DNA of 64,000 bases from an uncultured Verrucomicrobiae bacterium. Lineage in GTDB: Bacteria > Verrucomicrobiota > Verrucomicrobiia > Chthoniobacterales > JAFAMB01. The stretch's first letter is position 1; the number at the start of each line of letters is the position of its first letter. The DNA lies in contig CAWEXO010000002.1 of assembly GCA_963813025.1 (NCBI GenBank), positions 1 through 64,000 on the forward strand, in the 5' to 3' direction. The position numbers were made by a program, and so were the translations under genes. Under the pieces are notes generated by a model, which had not been told where the DNA came from, ran no database searches, and was given only the letters and a program-made list of their open reading frames with translations. Positions 30,274 to 39,939 of the stretch are shown here, piece by piece.

Positions 30274-31149
30274 ATGAACAGGAAGAGCCCGTTACTCGAC
30301 TTTCTCAGACGGAGCGAAATCTATCAGGATTACGAAAAGGCATTTACCGAAACTACCGAGCTGCCTTTATCCCTCCGGCCAGTCGAGTATTGGAACCTGG
30401 CGCAACAAGAAAGCCGATACCAAAACCCTTTTTGTCTACTTCTGTCGAAAACAAATCGGACGTGCGCCGCCTGTTTGGAAGTGCAGGGGGAACTTAGCCA
30501 GGCAGCGATCAAGGGCCCCGCTACCGTTCCCTGTTTTGCTGGTCTTTGCGACACGGCGGTACCGATCCGGTTGGGGGAACAGACGATCGGATTGCTCCAG
30601 ACGGGCCAGGTGGCGCTCCGATCGCCTTCGAAGAAGGGATTTATCGGGATCACTCAACAAATCCTGGACTGGGGAGCAAAGGTGGATTTACGGCAACTCG
30701 AGGAAGCCTATTTCCATTCCAAAGTAGTTTCACTGGAGAAATATAAATCAATTGTCCAACTCCTTCAGATTTTCAGTAAACATCTGGCTTTGGTAGCGAA
30801 CCAAATAGCGGTCCACTCTCAAAATCAGGAGTCGCCATTGATCAGGCGCTCGAAAGCCTATATCGCCGGTCATTTTGCCGATCCGCTCACGCTCGCGGAA
30901 ATCGCGCGAGCCCTCCATGTGAGCACCTTCTATTTTTGTAAGATTTTCAAAAGATCCACCGGCCTGACGTTTACGGATTATCTTTGCCGGGTTCGAGTGG
31001 AGAAGGCAAAGAATTTGCTGCTGAATCCGCATTTACGCGTCAGCGAAATTGCATACGCCGTGGGCTTCCAATCGCTCACTCATTTCAACCGCACTTTCCG
31101 AGAAATCACCGGGGCTTCTCCGACGGTTTATCGCCGAGAGAACGAGTGA
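30274..31149 (+). CDS. AraC family regulator with PocR-type sensor domain
   Basis: NPFC..C..C, CFAGL..TAVPI, LQTGQV; HTH STFYFCKIFK, VSEIAYAVGFQSLTHFNR. Confidence 0.92.
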   Translation: MNRKSPLLDFLRRSEIYQDYEKAFTETTELPLSLRPVEYWNLAQQESRYQNPFCLLLSKTNRTCAACLEVQGELSQAAIKGPATVPCFAGLCDTAVPIRLGEQTIGLLQTGQVALRSPSKKGFIGITQQILDWGAKVDLRQLEEAYFHSKVVSLEKYKSIVQLLQIFSKHLALVANQIAVHSQNQESPLIRRSKAYIAGHFADPLTLAEIARALHVSTFYFCKIFKRSTGLTFTDYLCRVRVEKAKNLLLNPHLRVSEIAYAVGFQSLTHFNRTFREITGASPTVYRRENE

Positions 31150-31265
31150 TCAGGAGACAATCGTAAGAATTTCGGGCAGCCTGGTTGGAATTCATTTAAT
31201 TTAAAATGGGTGTTGTCCATTTTCCCTCTCTGCTCGCTGTTAGCTGAGCTCACGCGAGCGCACTC

Positions 31266-31599
31266 GCGTAGCGCGGACGGCCTCGGGTCTGTCGGACTTT
31301 GGCAATCTGTAGCGCGCAATCGAGCGATGGCTCGGAAGGGAGGTTCGCGGGATGTCCCAAGGCGTCTCTGATCCTGCGCCGGCAGGGCGAAAATTTATTC
31401 GAGCGCTAGGCGAGAACTTGTTTGAGCCATTTGGAGGGTGGCTCACCCAAGCGTCCGGCTCAAACAAGTTCTCGCTAAGGCTCGAATAAATTTTCGCCCT
31501 ACCGCCACAGGACAGTGGGGCATTCCGAGGCGATCTCTAGCGCTCGCGTGACCAATCGCTTGATGGCGTACTACAGATTTCCAGAGTCCGACAGACCCG
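31266..31599. repeat. Nested palindromic REPIN/MITE-like element, copy 3
   Basis: Outer IR gggtctgtcggactttggcaatctgtag / ctacagatttccagagtccgacagaccc; inner hairpin 31382-31502. Confidence 0.88.
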
Positions 31600-31792
31600 T
31601 TCCAGCCTGTAATGACATTCGAAGATTTTTCCACAGAAGTTCACGAAGATCGCTAAGAAAAGAAATCACGGCGATCTTCGGAGCGCCTGCCGCCGCAATC
31701 GCGACTCGCAAATCGCGAAAAAATGGCATAGGCAGGATGCCGGAGCCACTCAGGAGAAGTGGCACACGCTTTGAGCCTTCCGAAATACGGAT

Positions 31793-32347
31793 GTGCCGAA
31801 TCCGATAGATGAAGATTACGAGTTGGAACAAGCCGTCGCGAATTCAGCGGAACCAGAATGGAAGAGAAAAAGTGCGGCGGATTCGCAGTCTCCGCAGAAG
31901 TTCCTTGCATGGCCGATTCATCACATACTTGTCCCGATCGACGCGATGCGCACGCACTTGGACGACCTCGAACCCATCCTGATTCTCGCACGGGGTTTTG
32001 CGGCACGAGTCACGCTTCTTCATTGTTACGCGACTCCGCCGAGTTTCGACGACGCGGTTGGTCCGACCGCTTTGGCGGAGGTAACCAACCACCGAAAGAT
32101 GGTAAAGAGACAGTTAATTAGTCTCTCGGTAAAGGTGCAGAAGTCCTTCTCCCAATGCAGTTGGGAATTTAGGACCGGCTCCCCTCTAGCTGAGATCCTG
32201 CGCTCGAGTGCATGCTTAGAAGCCGACTTGATTGCGGTTCCATTGCCACTGGACTTCATTGGCCAGTGTTGGACCTCCAAGAGTTTGATGGATGAACTGG
32301 TTCGACGGGCGAACTGTCCCGTGCTGGGATTTAAAAAGAGCGCGTAG
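31793..32347 (+). CDS. Universal stress protein (divergent)
   Basis: IHHILVPID, VTLLHC, GSPLAEIL, ADLIAV, ELVRRANCPVL. Confidence 0.8.
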   Translation: MPNPIDEDYELEQAVANSAEPEWKRKSAADSQSPQKFLAWPIHHILVPIDAMRTHLDDLEPILILARGFAARVTLLHCYATPPSFDDAVGPTALAEVTNHRKMVKRQLISLSVKVQKSFSQCSWEFRTGSPLAEILRSSACLEADLIAVPLPLDFIGQCWTSKSLMDELVRRANCPVLGFKKSA

Positions 32348-32572
32348 CTGCCAAGGAAAAGCGCGGCTGCTTTTGAAAGCTCCGCTGGGCAGAAGCGCTC
32401 GATGCCCTGGGTGGGATCGCGGCGGAGGACAGGCTTAAGTTCTGGTGGCATAGTGGTGTAACCGGCGATTTGCCACCACTTTCCTGCGGACGCCGAAGCG
32501 AAGGGGTTGGGCTTGATTGACCTTCTGGTGCGAACCGCGGTAATTGGGAGCAAGCGGAGTTTCGAGAGTGTT

Positions 32573-33934
32573 ATGGCACAGCATTATGAGCTAGCGATTA
32601 TCGGCTCGGGATCAGGCGGCCGTGAGGCGGCTCTTTTGGGAGCCAGGAAAGGATTGCGTACGGCGATAATTGAGCGAGACCGGCTCGGCGGCACCTGCTT
32701 TCATCGCGGATCTTACGCCGTGCGGGCTCTGCAAGCCTGCGCCCGCCAGTTCCGAGACAGTTGGAAGAGTGGCCGATTCGGTAACAAGATCGACTTGATG
32801 AACGCGACCTTAAAGGACTGGATCAACGCGCAGCGGCTGCTCGCGTCGCGGCTCACGGACAATTTCCAGGCAGAACTGGGACGGTTACACGTTGATCTCA
32901 TCCAAGCGAACGGAGAGCTTCTCGACCATCGGACCATCCGACTGGTTGACCGATCTGGCTCCATGTCGACCGTCACTGCCGAAGACGTCATTGTAGCGAC
33001 TGGTTCACGGCCCGCTTTCTCTGACAGTTCACGCCCTCGAATGGTGAACAGTGACCAACTGCTCGGGATAGTTGGATTACCAGAACGCCTTGCCATTGTT
33101 GGCGCAGGCTATGTCGGATGCGAGTTTGCCTCAATCTATCGCAGCCTGGGTACCGAGGTTACGCTCATCGAGCAAGCGAACCGCATATTGCCGGGGTGGG
33201 AATCGGAGGCAGCCGATCGCGTCGCCGAAAAGCTTGAGATCCGAGGGGTTCCCATTCTGTTGAATTGTAAAGTCGCTTTAGAAAATGTTCGAGAGAGTGA
33301 GACAGATGTTATCATTCCACTCCACGCTCGAGAACCTGTTGTCGCCGATCTTGTACTCATCGCGACCGGCCGGAGACCGAACGCAGAGGGACTCGGACTG
33401 TCCGAGCTAGGAGTCGACGATTCTTCCAGCCTCCGAGTAGATTCATCTATGCGCTTATCTGCTCCGGGCCTCTACGGGGTTGGCGATGTCACTGGGCTCA
33501 GTCTTCTGGACAGCACGGCTTTCTCTCAAGCGACAGTCGCGATCAATTCCGTTTTGGGACTTGAGAGCAACTATGATCCTCGCTGGATTCCACGATGTGT
33601 TCACACGGAGCCGGCGATTGCGGCGGTCGGATGGACGCAAGGAGAAGCAATCAGCCACGGATTCGAGTGTGTCCCTGCTGCCGCTGATCTGCGGTTGACT
33701 TCCGACGATGAACGAAGCGTTATTGATCCAGAGCCGACCTACTTAAAAGTGCTTGTCGATCCTCGTTCCCGGAAGCTGTTGGGATGTTTAGTGGCGGGGG
33801 ATCATGCGGCGGTAATTGCCAATGTGGCTGCAATCGCAATTCACCTGGGTGCGTCAATAGACCAATTGCGTGAAATTCCCTTGGCTCAGCCCAGTGCGGC
33901 CGACGCACTCATGGCGACCTTGCGGACTCTTTGA
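32573..33934 (+). CDS. Pyridine nucleotide-disulfide oxidoreductase, Lpd-like, with degenerate active site
   Basis: IIGSGSGG, GGTCFHRGS, ATGSRP, IVGAGYVGCEFA, ATGRRPN, GVGD; C-terminal QPSAAD in place of HPTxxE. Confidence 0.88.
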   Translation: MAQHYELAIIGSGSGGREAALLGARKGLRTAIIERDRLGGTCFHRGSYAVRALQACARQFRDSWKSGRFGNKIDLMNATLKDWINAQRLLASRLTDNFQAELGRLHVDLIQANGELLDHRTIRLVDRSGSMSTVTAEDVIVATGSRPAFSDSSRPRMVNSDQLLGIVGLPERLAIVGAGYVGCEFASIYRSLGTEVTLIEQANRILPGWESEAADRVAEKLEIRGVPILLNCKVALENVRESETDVIIPLHAREPVVADLVLIATGRRPNAEGLGLSELGVDDSSSLRVDSSMRLSAPGLYGVGDVTGLSLLDSTAFSQATVAINSVLGLESNYDPRWIPRCVHTEPAIAAVGWTQGEAISHGFECVPAAADLRLTSDDERSVIDPEPTYLKVLVDPRSRKLLGCLVAGDHAAVIANVAAIAIHLGASIDQLREIPLAQPSAADALMATLRTL

Positions 33935-34177
33935 TTTAGCGATCCTCGCCTCTACCGCGTTAACTCGTCTGCAGATCCATCCTGCCGCCTGAACGCCTGA
34001 ACAACCTGGCGGGTCCTCCGAGTAATTCATTTCATCGATTCCCGCGGCGGCTACCCACGGCCGGATCATGCCATCGGCTTCGCGCCCGGACAGAGGGATC
34101 GCCGATAGGGTAAAATGTCAGTTGGTCGAGCGAATTTCGGAAAGCATCCGTAGCAAGCTTTCTGATGGCATTTCAAG

Positions 34178-34457
34178 CTAGTGCACCGTCTCGCATATAA
34201 TGGTGACGTCGCCGCAGGTCAGTTGGCTGTTTTTCAAGGCGCGAGCGAAGCGCCCATATCTGAATCGATACGGTCGGAGCGAGCAACGCGGAAAAACAGC
34301 CAACTGGCCGCGGCCCAGAGGGTTGCGATGAAAATGGGCCGGCGGCTGCGTTGCTCGTCGGTTACGTATCGATTTAGATATGCGCCCTCCTCGCGCCTTG
34401 CCGGCGGCCCATTTTGATCGCAACGATGGCACCATTATATGCGAGACGGTGCACTAG
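34178..34457. mobile_element. MITE with CTAG ends, copy B
   Basis: TIR ctagtgcaccgtctcgcatataatggtg / caccattatatgcgagacggtgcactag; internal stem-loops. Confidence 0.9.
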
Positions 34458-36335
34458 TCCTTAAGGAAGCGTGATTTAAACGCGTGAGGGGACAAAAAAA
34501 CTCGAAATGCGCTTCGATGCTTGGTTTGCTGGGAAGTGCAAAGCTAACCAGACCAAGGAAAAAAGGCATTTCGAGTGAGCAGAAGTTATCCCAAGATCCT
34601 GCGTAATCGCAAGCGCCGAATCGAACGTCGTTTGGATCCTGAGCGTCGATGGAGTGAACAGCCGACACCGATGCTGAGTGCCAGCAACATCCATTTTGAG
34701 ATGGCTGAACGTAACCGGGCGGTAAACTACGGCGGTATTGGCGCGATCCATCTAATGGGGCAGCGGCTAGGATTAGCCGAGGAGATCGATGGGCGGGTGC
34801 AGCTTCTCAAACGGCATTTGCCCTATCACGAAAGCGATCATGTGTTGAACCTGGCCTACAATGCACTGTTGGATGGCCAACGGCTGGAAGATATCGAGTT
34901 GCGTCGCAACGATGAAGCTTTCCTGGAGGGTCTGGGAGCGCAACGTATCCCTGATCCGACTACCAGCGGAGATTTCACCCGGCGCTTTGACCAAGGCTCG
35001 ATTCTGGATTTGCTGGAAGCCATCAACACGACTCGGCAGCGGGTGTGGAAAAAGCAGCCTCGGGCTTTTCTTGCCCAAGCCTTTCTTGATATCGATGGCA
35101 CAATGGCTCCGACTTTAGGGGCGTGCAAAGGCGGAGTAGGGCTTTCCTACAAAGGCATCTGGGGTTATGCGCCCTTGATTGTCTCGTTGGCAAACACCCG
35201 AGAAGTGCTTTATCTGGTTAATCGGCCGGGCAACGTCGTCAGCCATGAAGGATGTGTGCCATGGATCGAGCGGGCCATCGAGTTGGTGCGCCCCCATGCC
35301 GGTGAGATCACGCTGCGCGGGGACAGCGATTTTACGCTCAGCGCCGAGTTAGATCGCTGGGATAGCCAAGGGATCAAATTTCTCTTTGGCATGGATGCTC
35401 ATCAGAAAGTAGTGCAACTGGCCGAAGCCTTGCCGGAAGCAGGCTGGAAGCCGCTGGAACGCTTGGCTCGCTATGAAATTGCCACTGAGCCGCGACGTAA
35501 GCCCCTTCGGGTCAAGGAGGCAATTGTGCGGTTTAAGGGGTACTTGAACAAAAAGTTGGTGGGCGAAAGCGTGGCCGAGTTTAATTATCAGCCACTCAAA
35601 TGCGGACGCAGCTATCGGCTGGTGGTGATGCGCAAAAACATCAGCCTCCAGAAAGGGGAAACGGTGCTCTTGGAAGAGATTAGATACTTCTTCTATCTCA
35701 CCAACCACACCAATTATCGGGCCCAAGAGATCGTGGCGCTGGCCAACCAGCGGTGTGACCAGGAGAATGTGATCGAGCAACTCAAAAATGGGGTTAACGC
35801 CATGCGCATGCCGGTAGACGATCTCCTCAGTAATTGGGCTTACATGGTCATCAGTGCCCTGGCCTGGAATCTCAAATCCTGGTATGGACTGCTTATGCCC
35901 AATCGGCAAAGGGGGCTGGAGCTAGTCCAGATGGAGTTCCGGCGCTTCCTGCATGCCATTGTGTTGTTGCCGGCACAGATCGTGCGCAGCGGTCGGAGGA
36001 TCATTTATCGGATCATGGGTTACAACAGTTGGCTAAAAGACTTCTTCGCTGCCTGGGAAAATCTTCGGCGGATGGCACCTGCCTGAAGCAGGCCTATTGA
36101 CGATACTCTAGGCGGAACGCTCAAATTTCCAAGGCAGAGCTATGCCCTGGCGAGGCATGTATCGGCGCCCAAAATCGCACTAACTCCAAAAACTTTCATT
36201 GTTTTGGCCTGAGAAAAGCAAACCTGGGCCTTCGGTCGCCAGAACCAACCGGATTTGCACCATTTTCTAAGAATTTGCCTGGCCGAACGGGAAGTTCGTC
36301 GCGTCGCATTCGGAACTCGCTTATTTTGAGACTAG
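34454..36335 (+). mobile_element. IS1380-family insertion sequence bounded by CTAG
   Basis: Imperfect TIRs ctagtccttaaggaagcgtg / ctcgcttattttgagactag around a DDE transposase. Confidence 0.8.
34575..36086 (+). CDS. IS1380 family transposase
   Basis: HLPYHESDH, RIPDPTTSGDF, LDIDGT, YKGIWGYAPL, LRGDSDF, QRCDQENVIEQLK, AWNLK. Confidence 0.9.
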   Translation: MSRSYPKILRNRKRRIERRLDPERRWSEQPTPMLSASNIHFEMAERNRAVNYGGIGAIHLMGQRLGLAEEIDGRVQLLKRHLPYHESDHVLNLAYNALLDGQRLEDIELRRNDEAFLEGLGAQRIPDPTTSGDFTRRFDQGSILDLLEAINTTRQRVWKKQPRAFLAQAFLDIDGTMAPTLGACKGGVGLSYKGIWGYAPLIVSLANTREVLYLVNRPGNVVSHEGCVPWIERAIELVRPHAGEITLRGDSDFTLSAELDRWDSQGIKFLFGMDAHQKVVQLAEALPEAGWKPLERLARYEIATEPRRKPLRVKEAIVRFKGYLNKKLVGESVAEFNYQPLKCGRSYRLVVMRKNISLQKGETVLLEEIRYFFYLTNHTNYRAQEIVALANQRCDQENVIEQLKNGVNAMRMPVDDLLSNWAYMVISALAWNLKSWYGLLMPNRQRGLELVQMEFRRFLHAIVLLPAQIVRSGRRIIYRIMGYNSWLKDFFAAWENLRRMAPA

Positions 36336-37461
36336 TGCCTAATTGCGTAAGTTAGTTATATGTATGGCGACTTTCCCCTGATGTACCTGGGATTTGGTCC
36401 ATTCGAAGGGAGCCGCATTGTTATTGTAGTTCTTGATGAAGGTGTCGATGGCGTTGCGCAGCTCTGCCACGCTGGTGAAGTTTGCCCCCTGGAGGGCTTG
36501 GCGGCTCAAGATACTAAACCAGATCTCAATCTGGTTGAGCCAAGAAGCGTGGGTTGGAGTGAAATGAAAATGCACATTGGGGTGAGCCTTCAACCAGCGA
36601 TCTTGCTTTGGCTTATGGGTCGCAAGGTTGTCTAAGACCACATGAATTTCTTTGTCGAGATTTCCGGCAACTACCTGGTTCATAAACTCCAGGAATTCCC
36701 GTCGGCGCTGGCGCCGGTAATGACCAGCCTGCACTTGGCCGCTGGCAATGTTGAGGGCGGCAAAGAGAGTGGAGGTGCCATGGCGCTTGTACTCGTGGCT
36801 AAAACCCGTCAGCGCCCTGCCATTGGGCAAGCGAATCCAACCTTGGGCTCTTTCCAGGGCTTGAATGGCTGGTTTTTCATCAATGGCCAAGATGAGCGCA
36901 TTCTGGGGCGGATTGAGATAAAGACCGACAATGTCAGCGGCCTTGCGCACAAACTCCGGATCGGTGGAAATGCACCAGCTGCGGCGCCGTTCCAATTCAA
37001 TGCCTTGTTGGCGCAAAATGCGCCAGACTTGATCGGAGGAAACATCGGCCAGACTCTGCGCCAGCAGTCGCCCATTCCAGCGCCCGTAGCCCGCCGGTGG
37101 ATCTTCATCCAGCAGCGCCAAGACCCGCTTGACCGTCATTTGATCATACTTGGCCGGCTTTCCACTGCGTGGCGCGTCTTCCAAGCCAGCCAGGCCTTGG
37201 CGCACAAAGCGCCGCCGCCATTTACTCACCGTCACCTCGGGAATGCGCAGGCTCTTGGCAATCGCACGTCCACTCAAGCCCGCTGCCGCCTTCAAGATAA
37301 TCTGACTCCTGACCTTGAGCCGGTGTTCGACCCGTTGCGCTCGACTCCAACCCTCCAAGAGCTTGCGGTTTTCCACAGAAAGTTTGATGCAACCCATTGC
37401 CATCCATCCAACAAATCATAATTTTTCATAAATATAAAGAACTAAAGCAACTAAGTACTAG
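36332..37461 (-). mobile_element. IS630-family insertion sequence bounded by CTAG
   Basis: About 30-bp imperfect TIRs ctagtgcctaattgcgtaagttagttatat / atataaagaactaaagcaactaagtactag. Confidence 0.88.
36339..37403 (-). CDS. IS630 family transposase
   Basis: KWRRRF..GL.GL.DAPRSG, STDPEF, DEKPAIQALER, YKRHGT, VLDNLATHK, TPTHASWLNQIE. Confidence 0.95.
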   Translation of the reverse strand: MAMGCIKLSVENRKLLEGWSRAQRVEHRLKVRSQIILKAAAGLSGRAIAKSLRIPEVTVSKWRRRFVRQGLAGLEDAPRSGKPAKYDQMTVKRVLALLDEDPPAGYGRWNGRLLAQSLADVSSDQVWRILRQQGIELERRRSWCISTDPEFVRKAADIVGLYLNPPQNALILAIDEKPAIQALERAQGWIRLPNGRALTGFSHEYKRHGTSTLFAALNIASGQVQAGHYRRQRRREFLEFMNQVVAGNLDKEIHVVLDNLATHKPKQDRWLKAHPNVHFHFTPTHASWLNQIEIWFSILSRQALQGANFTSVAELRNAIDTFIKNYNNNAAPFEWTKSQVHQGKVAIHITNLRN

Positions 37462-38066
37462 TCGTTTACCGTCGGAGGGCGGTGATGCCGCCCGGGCACA
37501 AAATGGAAGACTAGCAGCAACCAATAGGCGCTTAGCGCAATGGAGGGGGCAAAGAATGAAATCGCGATAGACCCGGCGGCAATTACCGCCGGAATCGCGG
37601 TCCGTAGGCGGACAGTAGCGATCCATGGGGGCGTCAGCTGATCGTGAGAAAGCTCGGGATGATGCGCCAGATAGCGCAGGTGCAACAGCGATGTCAACGA
37701 CAGCAGCAAGAGGTTGGTACCGTAAACGGCGACTGGAATATGAAGAGGGCTGTGGCCGGAGAGTAGGTTTGTTGAGAACGGCAGTAGGGTAATGAATAGC
37801 AAGAAAAGCAAATTTAACCAAAGCAGGCTTCGGTTAACTCTGCGCACGAAATGAAACAGCGAATGGTGACCGATCCAGAAAATGCCCAAGACGATGAAGC
37901 TCAGAACGTATATTGAAAAGTGGCTCTTCAGTTCAACGAGTTGCCGCCATGCCTCAGCATCGTCGCTGATTTTGACGCCTTCAGGAAGTTTCAAATCCAA
38001 GACTAAAAGTGTCATCGCAACCGCGAAGACGCCGTCGACCAAAGCCGCGATCCGTGATTTTTCCAT
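37458..38066 (-). CDS. TMEM175/DUF1211 family K+ channel
   Basis: RIAALVDGVFAVAMTLLVLDL, YVLSF, WIGHH, NLLFL..I.LLPF. Confidence 0.9.
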   Translation of the reverse strand: MEKSRIAALVDGVFAVAMTLLVLDLKLPEGVKISDDAEAWRQLVELKSHFSIYVLSFIVLGIFWIGHHSLFHFVRRVNRSLLWLNLLFLLFITLLPFSTNLLSGHSPLHIPVAVYGTNLLLLSLTSLLHLRYLAHHPELSHDQLTPPWIATVRLRTAIPAVIAAGSIAISFFAPSIALSAYWLLLVFHFVPGRHHRPPTVND

Positions 38067-38078
38067 GGCTCAACTTGG

Positions 38079-39158
38079 CTAATGTGTTCGCGTCGGGCAG
38101 GAGATCTTTTGCCGTCTGCACGCAAGACAGAAGCTCCCCAGCTTGAAAAGCATCGCACCGAAGGTAATCAGCCAGGCTAACATGGCGATATAGACACCGA
38201 TACGCGGAATGACCAGCAGAAACGGGATCCCGATGGCATTCGCAAAGATGAATGTTGCGACCGTGTACATACCGAGCGGAAAAACCAGTGACCAGTACTG
38301 CGGGTCGTAGGTGATCGGGACGTGCTCAACCACATGCCTCCAGAAGCCAACAATAACTAACAGCGGAATCCACCAGGTTCCCGTCGACCAGAAAAACAAG
38401 GTGAAGCCGCTGATGAAAGGCTGAAGTTCGTGCAAAAAGTCCCAGCTCTTGCTATTGAGTATCAGCCGGGCCCCGGCCAATGTAGTAATCGCTAGTGCGC
38501 CCATATTGATCCAGTAGGGGGGCGAAAGCTTCGCCGGCTCCATCCGAAGAAAGATCCAGCGATAAACAATCAACGCGATGAACAGAATATAAAACATCGC
38601 ACCCAGCAGATACGCGCAAAGTGCCCCAAATAAAATCGGATGCACGGGGCCAAGCTTCTGGGCAACCAGGGTCCCAAGAACAGTTAACGATTCCGTCGCG
38701 ACCGTCACGAGAAGCCAGGATCCGTTGATCGAATCGTCGATCGACGGCTTAGGCTCGGCCACCGTGACAGCGGCAAAGAACGTGTAGATCAGAACGATCC
38801 AGAGTAAAACTGCGAAAACCCACAGGCCCGCCGCAAGTGTGATGAACGGCGTAAGAATGGCAAACTGTACGCCCAGCACACAGGTTCCTGCGACGGCGGT
38901 CAAGAATGTGACTCCGCGAGCATGATGCGTTAAATCGGCCATCAACGCGGATCTGAACCGGGCAATTCGGTCAACGGTAATGCCCCAGAGGACGACATAG
39001 AAAATCGCATTTAACCAGAGCAACACCTCCGGGAATGCCGGGAAACCCTCGAAATGCATCGCCAGCGACACAATGCCTGTCGCCATGACAAGGGCGAAAT
39101 AACCCGGGGAGAAATCCTGGACAAACGAAGGCTTATCCTCCCGACGCGGCGAAGTCAT
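38079..39158 (-). CDS. TDT/SLAC1 (tellurite-resistance/dicarboxylate) family anion channel
   Basis: PGYFALVMATGIVS, NGSWLL, PPYWINMGALAITTLAG, YWSLVFPLGMY. Confidence 0.9.
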   Translation of the reverse strand: MTSPRREDKPSFVQDFSPGYFALVMATGIVSLAMHFEGFPAFPEVLLWLNAIFYVVLWGITVDRIARFRSALMADLTHHARGVTFLTAVAGTCVLGVQFAILTPFITLAAGLWVFAVLLWIVLIYTFFAAVTVAEPKPSIDDSINGSWLLVTVATESLTVLGTLVAQKLGPVHPILFGALCAYLLGAMFYILFIALIVYRWIFLRMEPAKLSPPYWINMGALAITTLAGARLILNSKSWDFLHELQPFISGFTLFFWSTGTWWIPLLVIVGFWRHVVEHVPITYDPQYWSLVFPLGMYTVATFIFANAIGIPFLLVIPRIGVYIAMLAWLITFGAMLFKLGSFCLACRRQKISCPTRTH

Positions 39159-39164
39159 TCAGGT

Positions 39165-39383
39165 TCACCTTTCCAGACTCCGCAAATAGAAAAACAGGCC
39201 ACCGTTGAGCGCGCAACAAGCGACACTTGCTAACGCCGCTGGCAAGGCAGTCTCCTGATAGCCCGCGAGAAACGTTTCCATGGTAGTAGTAAAGAGCCAG
39301 AGCTGAAGGAGGACAATGATCATCTGGAAAGCGGAAATACCCGAGATAATCGTCACCCGCTGCTTTCGGGCAAACTGAGTCAT
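39165..39383 (-). CDS. Small two-TM membrane protein (DUF6755-like)
   Basis: LQLWL.T..ME.FL.G...ALPAALAS; sits directly after the Rieske gene. Confidence 0.7.
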   Translation of the reverse strand: MTQFARKQRVTIISGISAFQMIIVLLQLWLFTTTMETFLAGYQETALPAALASVACCALNGGLFFYLRSLER

Positions 39384-39385
39384 TC

Positions 39386-39939
39386 TTATATCACCCCCTC
39401 AACGTAACCGTTCGCGAACACTTTACCCTCCCGCACTTCCAGACCGACTCTTGGCAATGGACGCCGCGGCGGACCAGCCACCGGTTCCCCGTTCCGAATG
39501 TCGAACCAGCCTTCGTGGCAGGGACAGTGCATTCGCCCCAAATCGGGCCTGGGCAGGACAGGGCACGAAAGGTGAGTGCATTTTTGCCCGAACGCGACAA
39601 AGCTCGATCAGAAAGCCGGACAAGGATGCAATGGTTGCCTGGCTTCGGAAATTCAAAAAGCTTTGATTGCCCGACCGCCAATTCGTTCACCGAGGCAATC
39701 TCCTTTACGGGAGGCGTTCCAGCCTCTTTTCTCCAGGCTTGGATCAGCAGGATCCAGCACTGGCCCGCGACAAAGGCTGCACTGGTCAACATGAGAAAGA
39801 GGACGAACTCACGTCGCGATCGATATTCGTCCTCCGGCCAATCAAATGGAAAATCCCTGCGCCAAGTCGGCTGATCTTTTGCCGGCCGGCCATCTGGGGC
39901 GGTTGAGATAACCTCCGAATCTTCGTCAGGTAAAGGCAT
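39386..39939 (-). pseudogene. Rieske 2Fe-2S protein, frameshifted near 39605
   Basis: N-part WRRDFP.DW..D...SRREF; shifted frame gives [15 protein letters not shown]...CPCHEGWF...GPPRRPLP. Confidence 0.85.
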
